The notes under the pieces: model-generated
What the model was told of the DNA's origin: nothing
Databases searched by the model: none
Seen by the model: only the letters and a program-made list of their open reading frames with translations
Shown here: piece after piece, positions 1 through 13,289 of the stretch
Layout of the letters: each line of letters begins with the position of its first letter
Numbering within the stretch: position 1 is the first letter of the stretch
Assembly (NCBI GenBank): GCA_904063045.1
Contig: CAJFCJ010000005.1
Location: forward strand, 1,503,988-1,567,987
Length of the DNA: 64,000 nucleotides
Reading direction: 5' to 3'
Source: Dimorphilus gyrociliatus
Lineage: Eukaryota > Animalia > Annelida
Program-made: the position numbers and the translations under genes

Positions 1-3000
1 AATAATGAAACATTTTAAACAGGTATATATCTCTGCCATCCATAAAACACTGAATGCTTTGATCTCTGCATGTAGCGTTTTTACTACAACTCTGCCAATG
101 GCCCCCGAAATATATGATACTACAATCTGACATTAGATGTTTGACAATTCTAACATCATTATCGTTTATCTGAGAGCAACTTTTCATCCTTAATCTGGCA
201 ATAAAAGAACCCAAACTTTGTGCAGGACATTCAGACGCAGAATATTTTAAAGGATAGTAAATATCCGTTGCCTCACACAGGGTTTTTAAGTTTTTTGTAG
301 TAAATATATCGGTATTATCTGTTGTTTTCCAAACCATTTTTGGCAGATTTTCGTCTGTTATATCTTTCAAAAAGCAGTCATAGTCAGTTTTATAAATGCT
401 CTTTCGAGGTCGATTTAAGGATGTATCACTATGCGGACTGGGGAAAATCAGTGTTGAATTTGGACTTTGTGTCAATTGTCCAGCAGCATTTCTTTGAGCA
501 AACAGCCTATGCTTTATATTTGTTCTCCTCGTCTCAAAACCCTGTTTAGGTAAAATAAAGGAAAATAATAGAAAAAAAATAGGTCAATATCATTAAAGAT
601 TAAGTGTATTCAACATTAAATTGAATAAAAGGTCAGAGACCCCATGATCACATGTTAGAATATAATAGGCAACAATGGATTTTTAAATCTATTCTGAGAA
701 AAATCAATTTAAGAATCTTTGATTTTCATCTGTGTTTAAATAAATCAATAACTCGAGAATATCTTTTCTAAAGAGTTCAATTAATATTAGAACGAGATTT
801 CTCGTTAAAGAACTAAGGTAATCGTTTTTTGAATAAATTTAATTACTATTATATATGCTAAAGGAAATATTTAACATAGTTACTGAATAAGAAAAAGCAT
901 TAGCAAATAAAAATTCATTAAAATATTAAATATCCATGCTTTAATGATGGAGTGTACCATTCCTCAATACTTAGTAATAATAAATATCTATAATCATTAG
1001 AAAAACAAATTCAGGTCAATTACGAATTTCTCAAACTCAATAAAGTATTTTTTCTATCACAAACGATATAAATCAATCTATACTATATATATACACAAAA
1101 AATTAGCAATTAAAATATAAATAGGCTTAGTTGTTTCATATTGACGTAAATATAAATGAGTTATAGTCATATGAGCGTACATGAAAAGTCGTTTTTTATA
1201 AAATATGAACACAATAGATGGCGTTTGGACTGCAAAAAAATCCCTTTAGATAGAGCATATAGGTCATGGCTTGGTCAATAAATGAAAATAGGGTATATTT
1301 AGAATTCGTATATACTTTAACAATAAAATTAGCTCTAGGAAATATCTTTAACGGATTAAATCAATTACAAAGAGCTAATTATTCAAAAGAAGTATTATCA
1401 AGAAAGTAAATTTTAAAAAATATAGTAAGAATACCACATGTTTTATATCGTAACTTCCACGTTAGCAGCAGGCCTTATTTGAAGGGACTCCCTATACATT
1501 CAGTGATCAAATTTTTATCGTTCAAAAAAAAACATTAAGCCTACGATCATACAATTTCAAAATTTTTCAATAGGTCCAAAAAAAATTATTAAAATGTAAT
1601 ATAGAATTTAAAATTGGTTGAATAAGTATTCTATAAGAGTAGTGCAAGGTAAATGTAGCTATTTTTATCGTTTAGATTCATTAACCTTGCTTGCCATCCA
1701 ATGTAAAAGTTATATACTGTTAGAGTAAACAAGTTATAAATAGTGTTCAGTCTTTTAACAAAAAAAAAAGCTTGATTGAGAAAAAAAAATCTGTAAATTT
1801 TATTTATTTGTAGAAAACTGTAAAAAAATTTACAGATTTTTCAAAAGTCAACAATAATTGACAAATCAATCATAACAAATAAAATGGACGTCGAATGAAC
1901 CATTTCTCTTATACAGTCGGTTTAGAACGAGGTCAATAAAGCTGAGTTTTTTTAGTGGATAGGCCTATCTTAAAGTAAACATGGTTAAAGTTTTAAGCTA
2001 CAACGTTTTTACACAAATAATCAATACTATTTTACAAACTGTAAAGAAGTTCAATTAAACTATTCTCTCTTAAAATAATAATTATTCCCCTAAAACTTTC
2101 TAATACATAATTCATTATATCTGAATAACAATAGTAAAGTATTAAAATATGAAAAGAAACTATTAAAAAACAAAAAATAGCTATTATTTAATTAAAATAA
2201 AGTTACGAAAGGGCAAATCATTAATTATACATCATTATTTAATTCGATTATTTAAGAATCGTTATGCTTTTGATAAAAACAAAAATTGTAATCTTTGGGC
2301 TACATTTGATGGTTAAATGAATCATTTTGAAAAGTTTAATCCATGTTAACTTTGTCCTACTTTTGATGGAAAGATACCTAAGCAAAACATGAAAACAATC
2401 CTGAGACGATTATGAGTGAAACAACTCGTCTACTTCTCTATAAGATATATAGCATTTTTAGATGTTTACGAGAGAACACTTTTTTTTTCATATTTGATAT
2501 TTGTGACGTAAATAATTCAAACAACTCTACCTATCAATAAATAATAGGTGCAAACCGATAGGCCTAAATACGATAGAGTGTATTGGTCCTATAAGGGACT
2601 TTGGTTAAATATTGTTTACCTGTTCTGGTATCTGTAACATCAACTTTGCTAACCGTTCGTTAAACTCTTACCTCTCTTTGAGATTTTTCTTAACCTAGTT
2701 TTAACTGTTATATCTTAATCATAAAAACCCTATTATTTTTAAAACACTATTTGCTAACTAAATTTCTAGGAGCTGTTTACTCCACATTATGCTAAACTTT
2801 GTTATGCAACTGACCTACATAGCCCGCTCGTGTTTGTCCTCATTACAACTCATCTAAATTTACCCACCAAAGGGTCGATTATGAAATGCTTAAATTATTG
2901 ACTAATACTAATGTTGACTTGATTAGTGTCCTTGATTATTTCGCAGCTGATTGGATGGTCCAAAACGCCACCTACCTAATCTAAACAAAAACAATAATAT

Positions 3001-4554
3001 ACTAGGCCTGTGTCGATTACTCAACAAAATAAAAAATTGAGGTGTTACGTAATATTTTCAACCAATAAATAAGCTTCAATTTCATTATTTCACAACTTAG
3101 ATCGAGTATTCTTTATCATAAATGATTTCCTAAGTTGGTCAAGAACAAAATTAGCACATTACATCTTTCCTAATTATGATTGACCGGAAAAAAAGATCAA
3201 GTTAAAGGAAGATAAAAACCATGTCATGTATTAACGGATGTAGCTTAATTACGTTGTTATAACAACAAAAATAAGTTAGTATCGAATGAGTGTATATGCC
3301 TAAGAAAAGTAGGTCACACGTGTCTGAACTTCTGTATTATAGGGAGTAAATATATCTATACAGAAAATAGAGATCGATTTATCAAAATCTAAGAGGATTT
3401 GACTCTTTTGCTCTTATTAAGAAAAACCTGATATAACAACTTGTAAGCTCTAATGAATAAAAATCTATTGTAATATATGAGCAATCACTTTATAAAAACA
3501 CAATTATACTCAATACTCATAATTGGTTGAACGGGGGTAATTAGACTTAATTAAGAAATATTTGAATCTTATACCCCTTTAATGGTTTTAAGTCTTCATT
3601 TCTGATTCTCAAAAAGCAATTTTCTTCTAACTACCAAGAAAGAGGCTGCTTATTTCTTTGAATATCAAGAACAAAGAGCATAGAAATAATTTCTGCTTCT
3701 GACTTAGTACCAATTACAAATCTTAATTTGAACGAATAGTCTGAAGTATATATGTCCTCAATGATTCTAGGTCAAATAGACCTTAATTGATATTATCTTA
3801 TAAAGTGGATCGCACCATATTTAGCCTTGAAAATTGTAACAGTTTCGATCATTTGTCATTCATAGCTATCGTGTAGGATCTCTTTGGACATTGCATTTGC
3901 ACGTGACCTCTGTTCTTATTTCTGTTTTCTTTTATTCAGAAGTCCATGAAGGTGCTTTGAGAATTCTGACTTTTTCGTTTTTTATGTTAAATTTTAAATA
4001 TTTGCCATTGAAATTTAGTGTGTCAATGCTTTTAATAGAAATACTGAACCCTAATCCTATATAACAAAGATAGAAATATTTGTTATAGTATTTTCCTTGC
4101 ATGTGCAAGTTAGACCTAATATTTTATTCATTCCTTTAGCAGCAAGATATTTAATATATTAGGGTAAAAATGCACAAGCTCATGTCTCAGCTCGTGTCAT
4201 AGCACAAAGGAGATAGCATATATATGTATGCTCTAAGTACAGAATCTAGTATTTTAACGAAAATTCAAGAATTCTTACCTTCCTTGGCTCTTTGAAATCA
4301 GGAAATGGAACAATATAAAAGGCAGGCAGAGATGTTAAAGTTATAAGAGCAATTATCACTATTACATTAACATATGGATATTTACAAATATAAGTCGCGT
4401 ATCTGCAAAAAAGAAAAAATACGTTTAAAACTGTATACGAAGAGATTATGAGATATCATATTTCAATGAAAATGTACTGGTATCTACTAAAAACTTATTT
4501 AATAAACCTTTCAGAAGGATTTAAATCTTTCAATTTTCTTCTGAGAGATTCCAT
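1..4554 (-). CDS. disp: Dispatched-like sterol-sensing/RND protein, 5' part (exons 4554-4508, 4402-4279, 541-<1; runs off the window)
   Basis: Not in the ORF track. The spliced translation is MESLRRKLKDLNPSER|YATYICKYPYVNVIVIIALITLTSLPAFYIVPFPDFKEPRK|GFETRRTNIKHRL...CPAQSLGSFIARLRMKSCSQINDNDV...C...C...C...LFKMFHY. It matches the DISP1 pattern (TM1-PDFSDP-GFEPRGT; C-x-S-x-SLG-x-Y/FIA-x-L-x-x-x-SC). The 541-2 frame is stop-free, and GT-AG sites are phase compatible. Confidence 0.8.
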
Positions 4555-7295
4555 TATAGTACCAATTTCAACAGCGATCAATAGAGAACTAAGGGTGAAG
4601 ACATTTCATTGAATGGCCTGGAGAAGAATTCAAGCTTAATCTGGCGCCACCTGTCGTTATAGAATAAATATTATGCACTACAATATTATTGCTACTAGTA
4701 AATCTAACGTATCGTCATAAAACATGAAAATTTTACAGTAATTGATTGCAGTTTCTAACAGTCTGACAGATACTGAAAAAGTTGATAATCAATATCACTA
4801 TGTAGCTAAGCAACTGTTATTTTCCTATGCAGAAATTATACAGGTAAAAGATCTTTCTCGCCATTTCAGCGTATAAACATGCGCATATTGATTTCGGATT
4901 GAAACAAGCAAAACAATTCGATCCTAGAAAAGAACTTCGCAAAGATCTTTTGTTCAATGCTCACCATGCGGTTTTAAAACTTTCTAGAAAGTAGCTCAAC
5001 TTAAAGTCTACTTCATTTCCATCATTAGCATTAAATATATACGCTTGAAGCGTCAATGAACCTATTTATTTAGTAATTGTTTTGCACTTCACCGAAAGAA
5101 CATCGCTGTATCCGCAAAATTGTTTAAAATTTTATCGATACTTCGATGATCGAACAAAATATCCCTTATCTCTGAGCAATATAAATCTTCACCTAGATGG
5201 ATGTATAGCCTATAACGTAAAAGCAAAGCTTCTAAACTTTAAAATGTTTGTTTATTTATATTACAGTTTAATTAGACCTTGTATATTACTTATCTCAGTC
5301 ATATTCTTTTAGAGACTAAAATTTATTTTCCTTTCTATTTCTACTATAAGCCTGTATTGCTTGTTCAATAATTAATGACTGAATGAATACTAAGCTGTAA
5401 AAGTTTCAATTTTACTTCTTCATTCGTTAATTGTCAATTGGTTCCATATTTTACGTATGGACTTTGTATTAGTTGACAAATCAGACAGATTTACAAACCT
5501 GAAACGGATTTCAAAATAAGTTAATGTTGTTAGGCTAACGCCCTCTATCAGCTGAATATATTAAAAGTAATAGGCATCCTAAACTGCCGAAATTCTCGTA
5601 TGCAAATGAATAGTTGAAAGATTACTTGTATTTTGAAAAAAAATACTTTCAACCAGTTTGATAGTTTGTCTAAAGGTCGATGTAGGACTACAACTCTAAC
5701 ATGTTGGACCCAACCATATGCAGGATTTTTGTCGCTTTTACTATTTCCAGCGTTATTATTTCACAATAGTAAACTATAATATTAATATTAATACAACAGT
5801 GAACCCAGCTTTTCGAGTTTATGCAAAATTGTTGGCCTAAATTTTAGCAGTCGAACTGTTTTTTTAACGACAAACGAAAAAATCAAATTAAGTTAATTCA
5901 TACTTTATTTCATTTAATAAACTGTTAGAAAGCCTAGGAAGGTGTATACTTTAATCCGGAAATGTAAATGTATCTATAATAGAATCCTGTTGATAAGAAC
6001 AAAGAAAAATTTGTTTTTAAGCACAGAACTCGAGAGGAAAATTTGCAAATGTAAATGTAGATTGAGTTGATAAATTCTAACACGTATACAGTCACATTCT
6101 AAAAGAAATTGTAAGTTACTATGTAGACTCCACAAAGAAAGCGTACATTTTACCTAGGCCTGATTTATTTGTTTAGTTTGATAAAAATTTTCTTTCTTCG
6201 GCACGTGCAATTGTTCCCAAGTATTCGTATCAATAAACAATTTATTGTTGTACATATTATTATTAAAACATAAACATAATGACCCAATCGTATAACTTTT
6301 TTCTAAATAAAAATCGAGAATAAACACCTATTATTGATCTATTAATTGAAGCGTTTTCGAATCAGCTGGCAATACTTATTAAATTCTATAAATAGGCTAA
6401 TTGAAATGGAAAAAACATATGTAATTTGTTGTAAACATCTATTTCGTTGAAATTCCGTTGAAGAATTTCTTTAATAATAGAATGAAAATAAATTTTATTC
6501 TGACGGGGTTCACGTGTTGCAATTAGGCTGCAAAATCTCTTTAAAAGTGATTTACACCAATTTGCTTAATGCTGCTAATATATATTCAACGTCAATTTTC
6601 ATTCTCAAAAGTACTATATACCTGGTTTTACCACAAGGAGGCTCTTGTGAACTTGTGCTGAAACTTCTTTGTTGCAAGAGAATTCGGCTAATGTTAAACT
6701 GCCTAATACTATACCTACCGGTCTCACATTTAACGGTTAAAACCAAACTATTTAGTCGGTTTAGCCAATCAACAAAGAGTTGAAGGCTTTCATAATTGGA
6801 AGATAAGCACCAAATAGAAAATGTTTGTTACGATATTTAATGAAAAATGTTAATTCTTTGAGGAATCACTGACAACAAAATAAGAATTGACTGCCTTAAT
6901 GTTGCATAATCCTTCTATCTCAAATAATCCTTATCCAAAAGGCTAGTGCCGCCTTTGTCCTCTCTTATGGAATAAACAATGATAAGGAATTGCACAAAAG
7001 TCAGACGAAATTAGACTTTGATATTCATTTTGCAGAATTCTAGATACCTAGAGAGGAAATCTAGTTCTACATCAAAAATATTAATTCCTCCTATAACTTA
7101 TACCTATTTATCTTACTCGTGAATATACTCAAATGCAATAGTATGAAACATCATGCTGGTTGGTCCATCTGTTAGACAATTGTAAGCTTTGTTGAAAAGC
7201 AAATAAGAGTACTCTAAATGCGATTTAATGTGAAATTAGTTTTACAGATATGATTATTGGTAATGAAAATTCTTTATTTCATTAATTAGTATAAT

Positions 7296-9480
7296 TTAAA
7301 TCGTATTAATTTCACCCAATATGTTAACTTTTCTATTTTTGTATCTTGACGAGACTTCCTTAGCTATTTGATCCTTCAACTCAAAAGTTCTCTTTCTAAT
7401 TGTATCCAACTTAGGCAAGAGTTTCTTTTCATCTTCAATTGCCTCAAGTCGATTTTGAACCATTAAATGACTCATAGCCGTCATTTTTTCAGCATCAGTG
7501 AGAAGCTGTTTCAATTTATCAGCTACCCTTTCTACATATCTTGGAGAGTCCCTTATCATCATTAGATCCTGTGTTTTAGCGTCCGTTAACAAGTTCAGGA
7601 TATGTTTTGCAAGCGATTCCATAAATTCAACATTATCCAAACTTTTCAAGAGGTCAGATGGAGCTCCATCGAACGTAATACTAGTTATTGTATCGTTAGT
7701 ATTAGAACCTAATTCCAATCGGCGCAACGAAAGAAACGAGATTAACTGTAAATTATAAAACAGTATTAAGTTTGAAATAAAAATAAAACTTTATAAACCA
7801 GGAATAATCAGAAGCTAACAAAGTTTGCTACAAAATTTGCTTGCCTGATCAACTTTAAGTCTTATTATAGTAATTAACATGTAGAACTGGGTCTTAAACC
7901 AATAGAAAGTAACTAGCACAAAAAGTGTGACTTAAGCGACAATTAACATACTGTATATTGTACATGGTAATTACCTGCTTAACTGCTTAGATAATATGAG
8001 TTTCTAGACCATTTACCAAGTTTATAGTATTCTTAGCTTTTAAAGTTACAAACCTCATAAATGTCGTTTAGAAACAAGTTTCTAGAATCGCCATAATCTA
8101 AAACTCCCCTCGCAAAACAGCCTCGAGCAACACCCTCTTCGGATTTTATTGTCTCAATCCCTTTGCTATCGTTATTATCTCCATAATCAATTTCCTGACC
8201 TCCACCTTCAATTGTAATCTACATAAAAAGGAAATTATAGCTAGAGCTGAAAAGGCAAAATAGGTGTTTACCGCAGAAAAGTCAATAGTTTCAGCTGAAG
8301 GATCTTCATTAATGTTTCCCCAATCAATCTAAAGCACGAATAAAATTAGTAAGAATAAGAATACATAAAATAATTTTAAAATTCAACCTCTTCTGTATCT
8401 TTCTCTTCTTCATCATCAAATGCAATAGTCTCATCTGAAATCTCAATCGAGTTCGGTATCTCATTGAATTTCCACTCATAAACGGTGCAATTTCCTTTTT
8501 CCAAAATTAAACGAAGCATAGACAGTTTGTCTTTACTTCTATATACAAAATGAAATATGTGACAATTGCTTTCGAAATGCTATTATAGAAAAAAAATATC
8601 TTACTTTTCGCCACTTAAAAATTCTGTAAAGTTTTTATAATATTCATAAGCAGGTTTCAATTCTTTAACTTCGCTGGCTATTTCGTTGAATTTTTGCGGT
8701 AGATCATTGGATAAAGCAGTTAGTTCAGTTTTTAACTTTCGACCTTCAATGCCAATCTTTTTAGTTTCAATTTTAAATTTATTCATTCGCTCAGATGATA
8801 TTCCTGCATAATCACTTTCTTTCTTGGCAAACTCCTATTTAACAGATAAGTAAGATTTCATTGAATTAATTTGCTAAAATTACCTTTTGGTTTTGTCTTA
8901 ATTTAGATAATTTTTTTTTCAACGAAGGAATATCGTAATTCACATTTCTAGCTAACAATTGAGCAGCTTCCGCAAGATATAAATTATCTTTTTCATATAA
9001 GCTGACAATTTCTTGCCAATCTTTCATTCTCTGTGAAGAATATCTTCCAAAAATATTTTTCGTCTCTTTTTCAGTTTCTTTTAATATTTCAATTATTTTT
9101 ATACAATGAAAATAATTAATATCTATTAAAGGAAAACAATTATTATCGCAATTTACATTTGTATATTTTAAGCTAACATGTTCCCTGAAGTAGTTTGGTC
9201 ACAGAATCAACTTCTGGCATGTCTTGAATTGCAGAGTTAATCTTTTCTCTCACAATTAGAGCATCTTTTTGCCATTGTTGTTTACAGTGTCGTCTATTTA
9301 TTAACCAATCTGTTGAAATGCAAAGATTTTGATTAATTTACTATAGATATGGACTGAGTTAACCTGCAATTAATATATCTATAATATAGTGATGATGTTC
9401 AAAGACAATTTGCAGCATAAAATCTTACCAAGTAGTTTATTGAAGTGTATATCTATAGGTAAGTATTCCTCTGACATCAT
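7296..9480 (-). CDS. CDK5RAP3: CDK5 regulatory subunit-associated protein 3 (C53/LZAP), multi-exon
   Basis: Spliced MMSEEYLPIDIHFNKLL|DWLINRRHC...KNIFGRYSSQRMKDWQEIVSLYEKDNLYL...NVNYDIPSLKK; last exon SPRYVERV...SSRYKNRKVNILG*. These motifs are diagnostic. Confidence 0.95.
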
Positions 9481-10397
9481 TTATTATCGCTCAGCACGCA
9501 TATGTCTATTAAATAATCCAAATTGAACGGTTGATTTACTAGATACTTAACAACTTGCAAATTGAAACAAGTTGAAATTCAAGATAGTCGTTTATTTACG
9601 AAGAAGAAATAGTTTTAAAAGTAAATGTTGTGCTTTTTCTATCTCCTATGTGTTACCGGAAAAGCAAAACATTCGGTTTGCACCACGTGATCAAATAACA
9701 ACACGTTCGGTTTAAATAAGCAGAACTTGATTATGCGATGATTATAACTTTAAAAAGTTTAATTTATCAAACGTTTGCGAGTGTGTGCAGTACTTATGAA
9801 AAAATTATACAAATTAAACGAGAAACTAAGTTTCTTAATTTGTATATTTCGTACAATTATCAACAGTCGAATATTTAATGAATATTAATTAAAGAATCGA
9901 CTTGGGTGTACGTGCACTTAAATACAATATAGAGATTTATACGTATGAATTGCGGGAAAAAATAGTCTCGTTGACATATTTATCCAGGTGGCTACCTCAA
10001 CAAAACCAGCTGGAGATTTTCAAAATTAACGTTACGATTACATTCACGTCAAACTTTGTCAGTTTATAAATGAGTAGATTGAGTTGTGAATCTATATTTT
10101 CTAAGGAGGCAATCGTTTAGTGGACAAAAATTAAAAAAAGTGTTTTTAAATATTTGAATAAACATCAATGTTAATTTTGTCAATGAATATGGAAAACAAA
10201 GGATGCAAATTTGGATATGTATTATTTTCAACTCTAAGTGTTATTTTATGTTTGTAAATATTAAAATGCATTCACCTAATTATAATAAATTCCCATTTAT
10301 ACACCGTCTATCGAAAACAGCGGCTATATCGAGCGGATTTTATATTCACGCTAGTAAGTCTACATCTAGTAATCTAATAGAAAAAATTGTCGATAGA

Positions 10398-11122
10398 ATG
10401 AACTATACAACTGCCGAAGTGGAAATGGCAAAAAACTTTGTCGGATTAGGACTTGGTTTTGGTTTTGTTTTAATATTACCTTTTGGAATTTCCACCATAT
10501 TTGGTTTAAGTTTAGTGATGTTCGCGAAAAACTCTTGTTGGGTGAGAAAATTTTGCGTTGTAAATCCCATTTGTTTGCTCCTTAGACTAATTGTAAATAA
10601 TTTTTTTTTCAGTTTGTATTTCATGTAGTCCTCGGGTTTGTAATTAATGTTTTAAGTTTGGCAGCTGCATTATGTCTTAGTTATGCAATTCGAGGGTTAA
10701 AAACTATAAATAAGGAACGGATTAGATTCGAAAGTAAGTTTAACAATCTGCTTTACGTCTATATTTAATAATATTATGCTTTTAAATATTTTTGTTGATT
10801 AATCTAATCTTGCATTTAAGATTTTACGAATGCAACATCACCAGATAAATTAAACGAAATCATTGCCTTCTTGATATCTTCTTGTGTTTTATATTTTATA
10901 GCTTACATATGCTATGTCATATCAACATTATTAGTATGCTTTGTTTGTCGAGAAGTGGAAAAATTATTGGGTTCATTGTCAATTAAATTTCCAATGAGGC
11001 CAACCATTATTGAAGTGACTGGAAAAGGACCAATAGCTCCTGAGGATTTAGTCAATGATTCTGAATCCGCAAAACCCATTCAACCGTCAGAGGCAGTCTC
11101 TACTACTAGAGGGAATAAATAA
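10398..11122 (+). CDS. Four-TM membrane protein, MS4A/CD20-like (exons 10398-10541, 10613-10733, 10821-11122; start uncertain)
   Basis: Phase-consistent GT-AG splicing gives a continuous ORF of about 188 aa with 4 hydrophobic segments and a polar tail. The family call is by topology and weak similarity only. Confidence 0.6.
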
Positions 11123-11520
11123 CTTCTAAATTTATTCATATATACTTATATATTCATCTCGTTGTTTTTGTATTTTGTGCCGAGTTTTGCTTTCTTGTTT
11201 ACCCTTTTTTTTAATTAATTTACTTTATCGTTTCATGCACAAGAAATATCTTTATTCGAATAAAAAAGAATTCTTCTATTGAGTGCAAAGTTTTTTTGGT
11301 ATGGAAATAAAGTCTTACACAACCAAATTTAGATGATTTAGAATATCACAAGCACCAAACCTGTTTTTGACAAACAAACGATGGGGCCTAGACCAATCGA
11401 TCGAGGCTGGATTCCCATTCCAAACTAATATATTTCTCTCTTCTAGGCAATCTATCGGGAGGGAGCTGGTTACCAAGCTGATGAAATTTCTGCCTCTTGC
11501 CCGCATTTGACGGCCAAGTC

Positions 11521-13289
11521 ATGTGTTCGCTTGATTTGGAAGAAACGGCAAACCGACTAGGAATTGAATATTTCCTGGTATCTTACGCACCTTTAAATAC
11601 AGATGTAAGATGTTCTCTTATACCCAAACGTGCAATTCGAGAAGTGCAAAAAAACGGATGCGGAATGCCCCCTGCAATGTTCTTCAAATCCACTCCTGTA
11701 GAACCAGAGATGATAATTAAACCTGACCCAAAAAGTTTAATACAATTGCCATGGAAATCTAAGTTTGCCTGGTTAAGCAGGTAATATTATTTTTTGTACA
11801 ACTAAAATAGTTATAGTATATGATGATTCCAATTCATTATACAGTGACTTATATATGTATGGAAAACCGTTTGACCAATGTCCCAGGGCTTGTTTAAAGA
11901 GGCAGGTGGAACTCGCCAAGAGTATGGGATTTTCCATGAAATCTGGAGTAGAGCGTAATATACTACTTTGTTTATTAATTATGAAAATATCTAAAGTTTA
12001 ATTTAAATTACCTTTGATCCTTAAAGACCAATATTTTGTTGATTGATATAATCAATGTTTTTTATGCAATTTATTACCTCAATCAATTATTAATTGATTT
12101 TTATTTTTCTCTTTCTTTTCGTTCAGCTGAATTTACACTTTTAACAAAGGATGGAAAAGAATTCGCTGATAAAATTGACATGCAACAGCCCATGAGCCTT
12201 CAAGATCCACTTGCGATTATGAGACATTCCAAGTTTTTAACTGATCTATCTGATTCTATGGAAAAGATTGGGTGGAATCCATATGAAATCGACCACGAGT
12301 CATCTTGCTGTCAATACGAAATTAACTTTGATTATGTTGATTGCTTAGAAACAGCTGATAGATTTATGTTTATGAAATTCATGATTAAAGAACTAGCAGA
12401 AATTCATGGTATAAAAGCTTCGTTTATGCCTGTGCCTATACCTAGAATACTCTGCGGTAATAACAGTTGATTCAAATTTTTATAATCCGACTTTTCGTAT
12501 AACGATATTAATAATGTGTTATCTTTTATATTAGCCAATGGCTTGCATGTTAATGTTTCCCTTTGGAATAATAGCACACATACGAATGCATTTGAGGATG
12601 ATTCGGATGAGTTGGGACTATCCCAAATTGCTTATAACTTTATAGGTGGTTTAATGAAACATGTTGAGGATACATGCGCCATTTGCTGTCCAACAGTAAA
12701 TAGTTACAAGAGGTAAATGTTGGCTTTTAGAATAATTACCCTTAAACATCTATTCTTTTTCCACAGATTAAATAGAGGTGTATGGTGTCCCAACGTAATA
12801 TCTTGGGGTGGTAATAACAGGACTGTTCTATTTAGAATTCCAGCCTCTAATAGGTTAAATTCCAAGAAATAGGATGTTTGTCTAACGGTTGTCCTAATTC
12901 TTTCAGGGTCGAACACAGATTGCCTGATGCGACTGCAAATCCCTATCTAATGCAAGCGGCAATCTTGGCTTCGGGCCTGGATGGAATCATAAATAAGATT
13001 CGTAATTATTTTGCAATGAATAATAAATTAGCAAAATAACATAATAAATCATCTCGTTACAGATCCAGGGCCGAAAGCTGATTTCGATGTTCAGATGCAA
13101 TCCGAGCAATTTAAGAAAGTACCGAAAAACCTTGAAAAGGCTTTAGATAAATTGGAATCAAGTACATTCTTGAAAGATTCTCTTGGAGAACCAATTATCG
13201 ATGGTTTTATTCACCTTAAAAGAAAAGAATGGAATCTGTTCCATTCGGAAATTACACCGTGGGAAATAGATTATTATTCTAATGCTTAA
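11521..13289 (+). CDS. Bacterial-type glutamine synthetase family ligase, GlnT (rhizobial 'GS III')/GmaS gamma-glutamylmethylamide synthetase-like; 7 exons
   Basis: Exons 11521-11780, 11845-11954, 12128-12456, 12535-12712, 12767-12853, 12907-13001, 13063-13289 join in frame. Motifs: SLIQLPWK..AW, KSGVEPEF, DHE..CQYEINF, FMP.P..ANGLHVNVSLW, PTVNSYKR, SWGGNNRT, RVEHRLPDATANPYL, EWNLFHSEITPWE. Confidence 0.9.

Noticed and set aside
322-549. 75-aa plus-strand ORF
   Set aside because: Antisense shadow of the dispatched exon on the minus strand.
4760-7290. Short ORFs and open frames (5082-5312, 6514-6783, 6552-6746, about 4880-4995)
   Set aside because: No consistent splice chain or recognisable motifs; compatible with chance in AT-rich DNA.
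10403-10624. Lys-rich 73-aa minus ORF
   Set aside because: Antisense to the spliced 4-TM gene; Lys/Asn/Pro richness mirrors the hydrophobic codons.
11315-11506. 63-aa minus ORF next to the ligase start
   Set aside because: No homology recognised and no splice partner; overlaps the presumed ligase leader.
11521-13289. Bacterial contamination as the explanation for the GlnT/GmaS-like gene
   Set aside because: Six canonical spliceosomal introns, host-like AT content and animal flanking genes.
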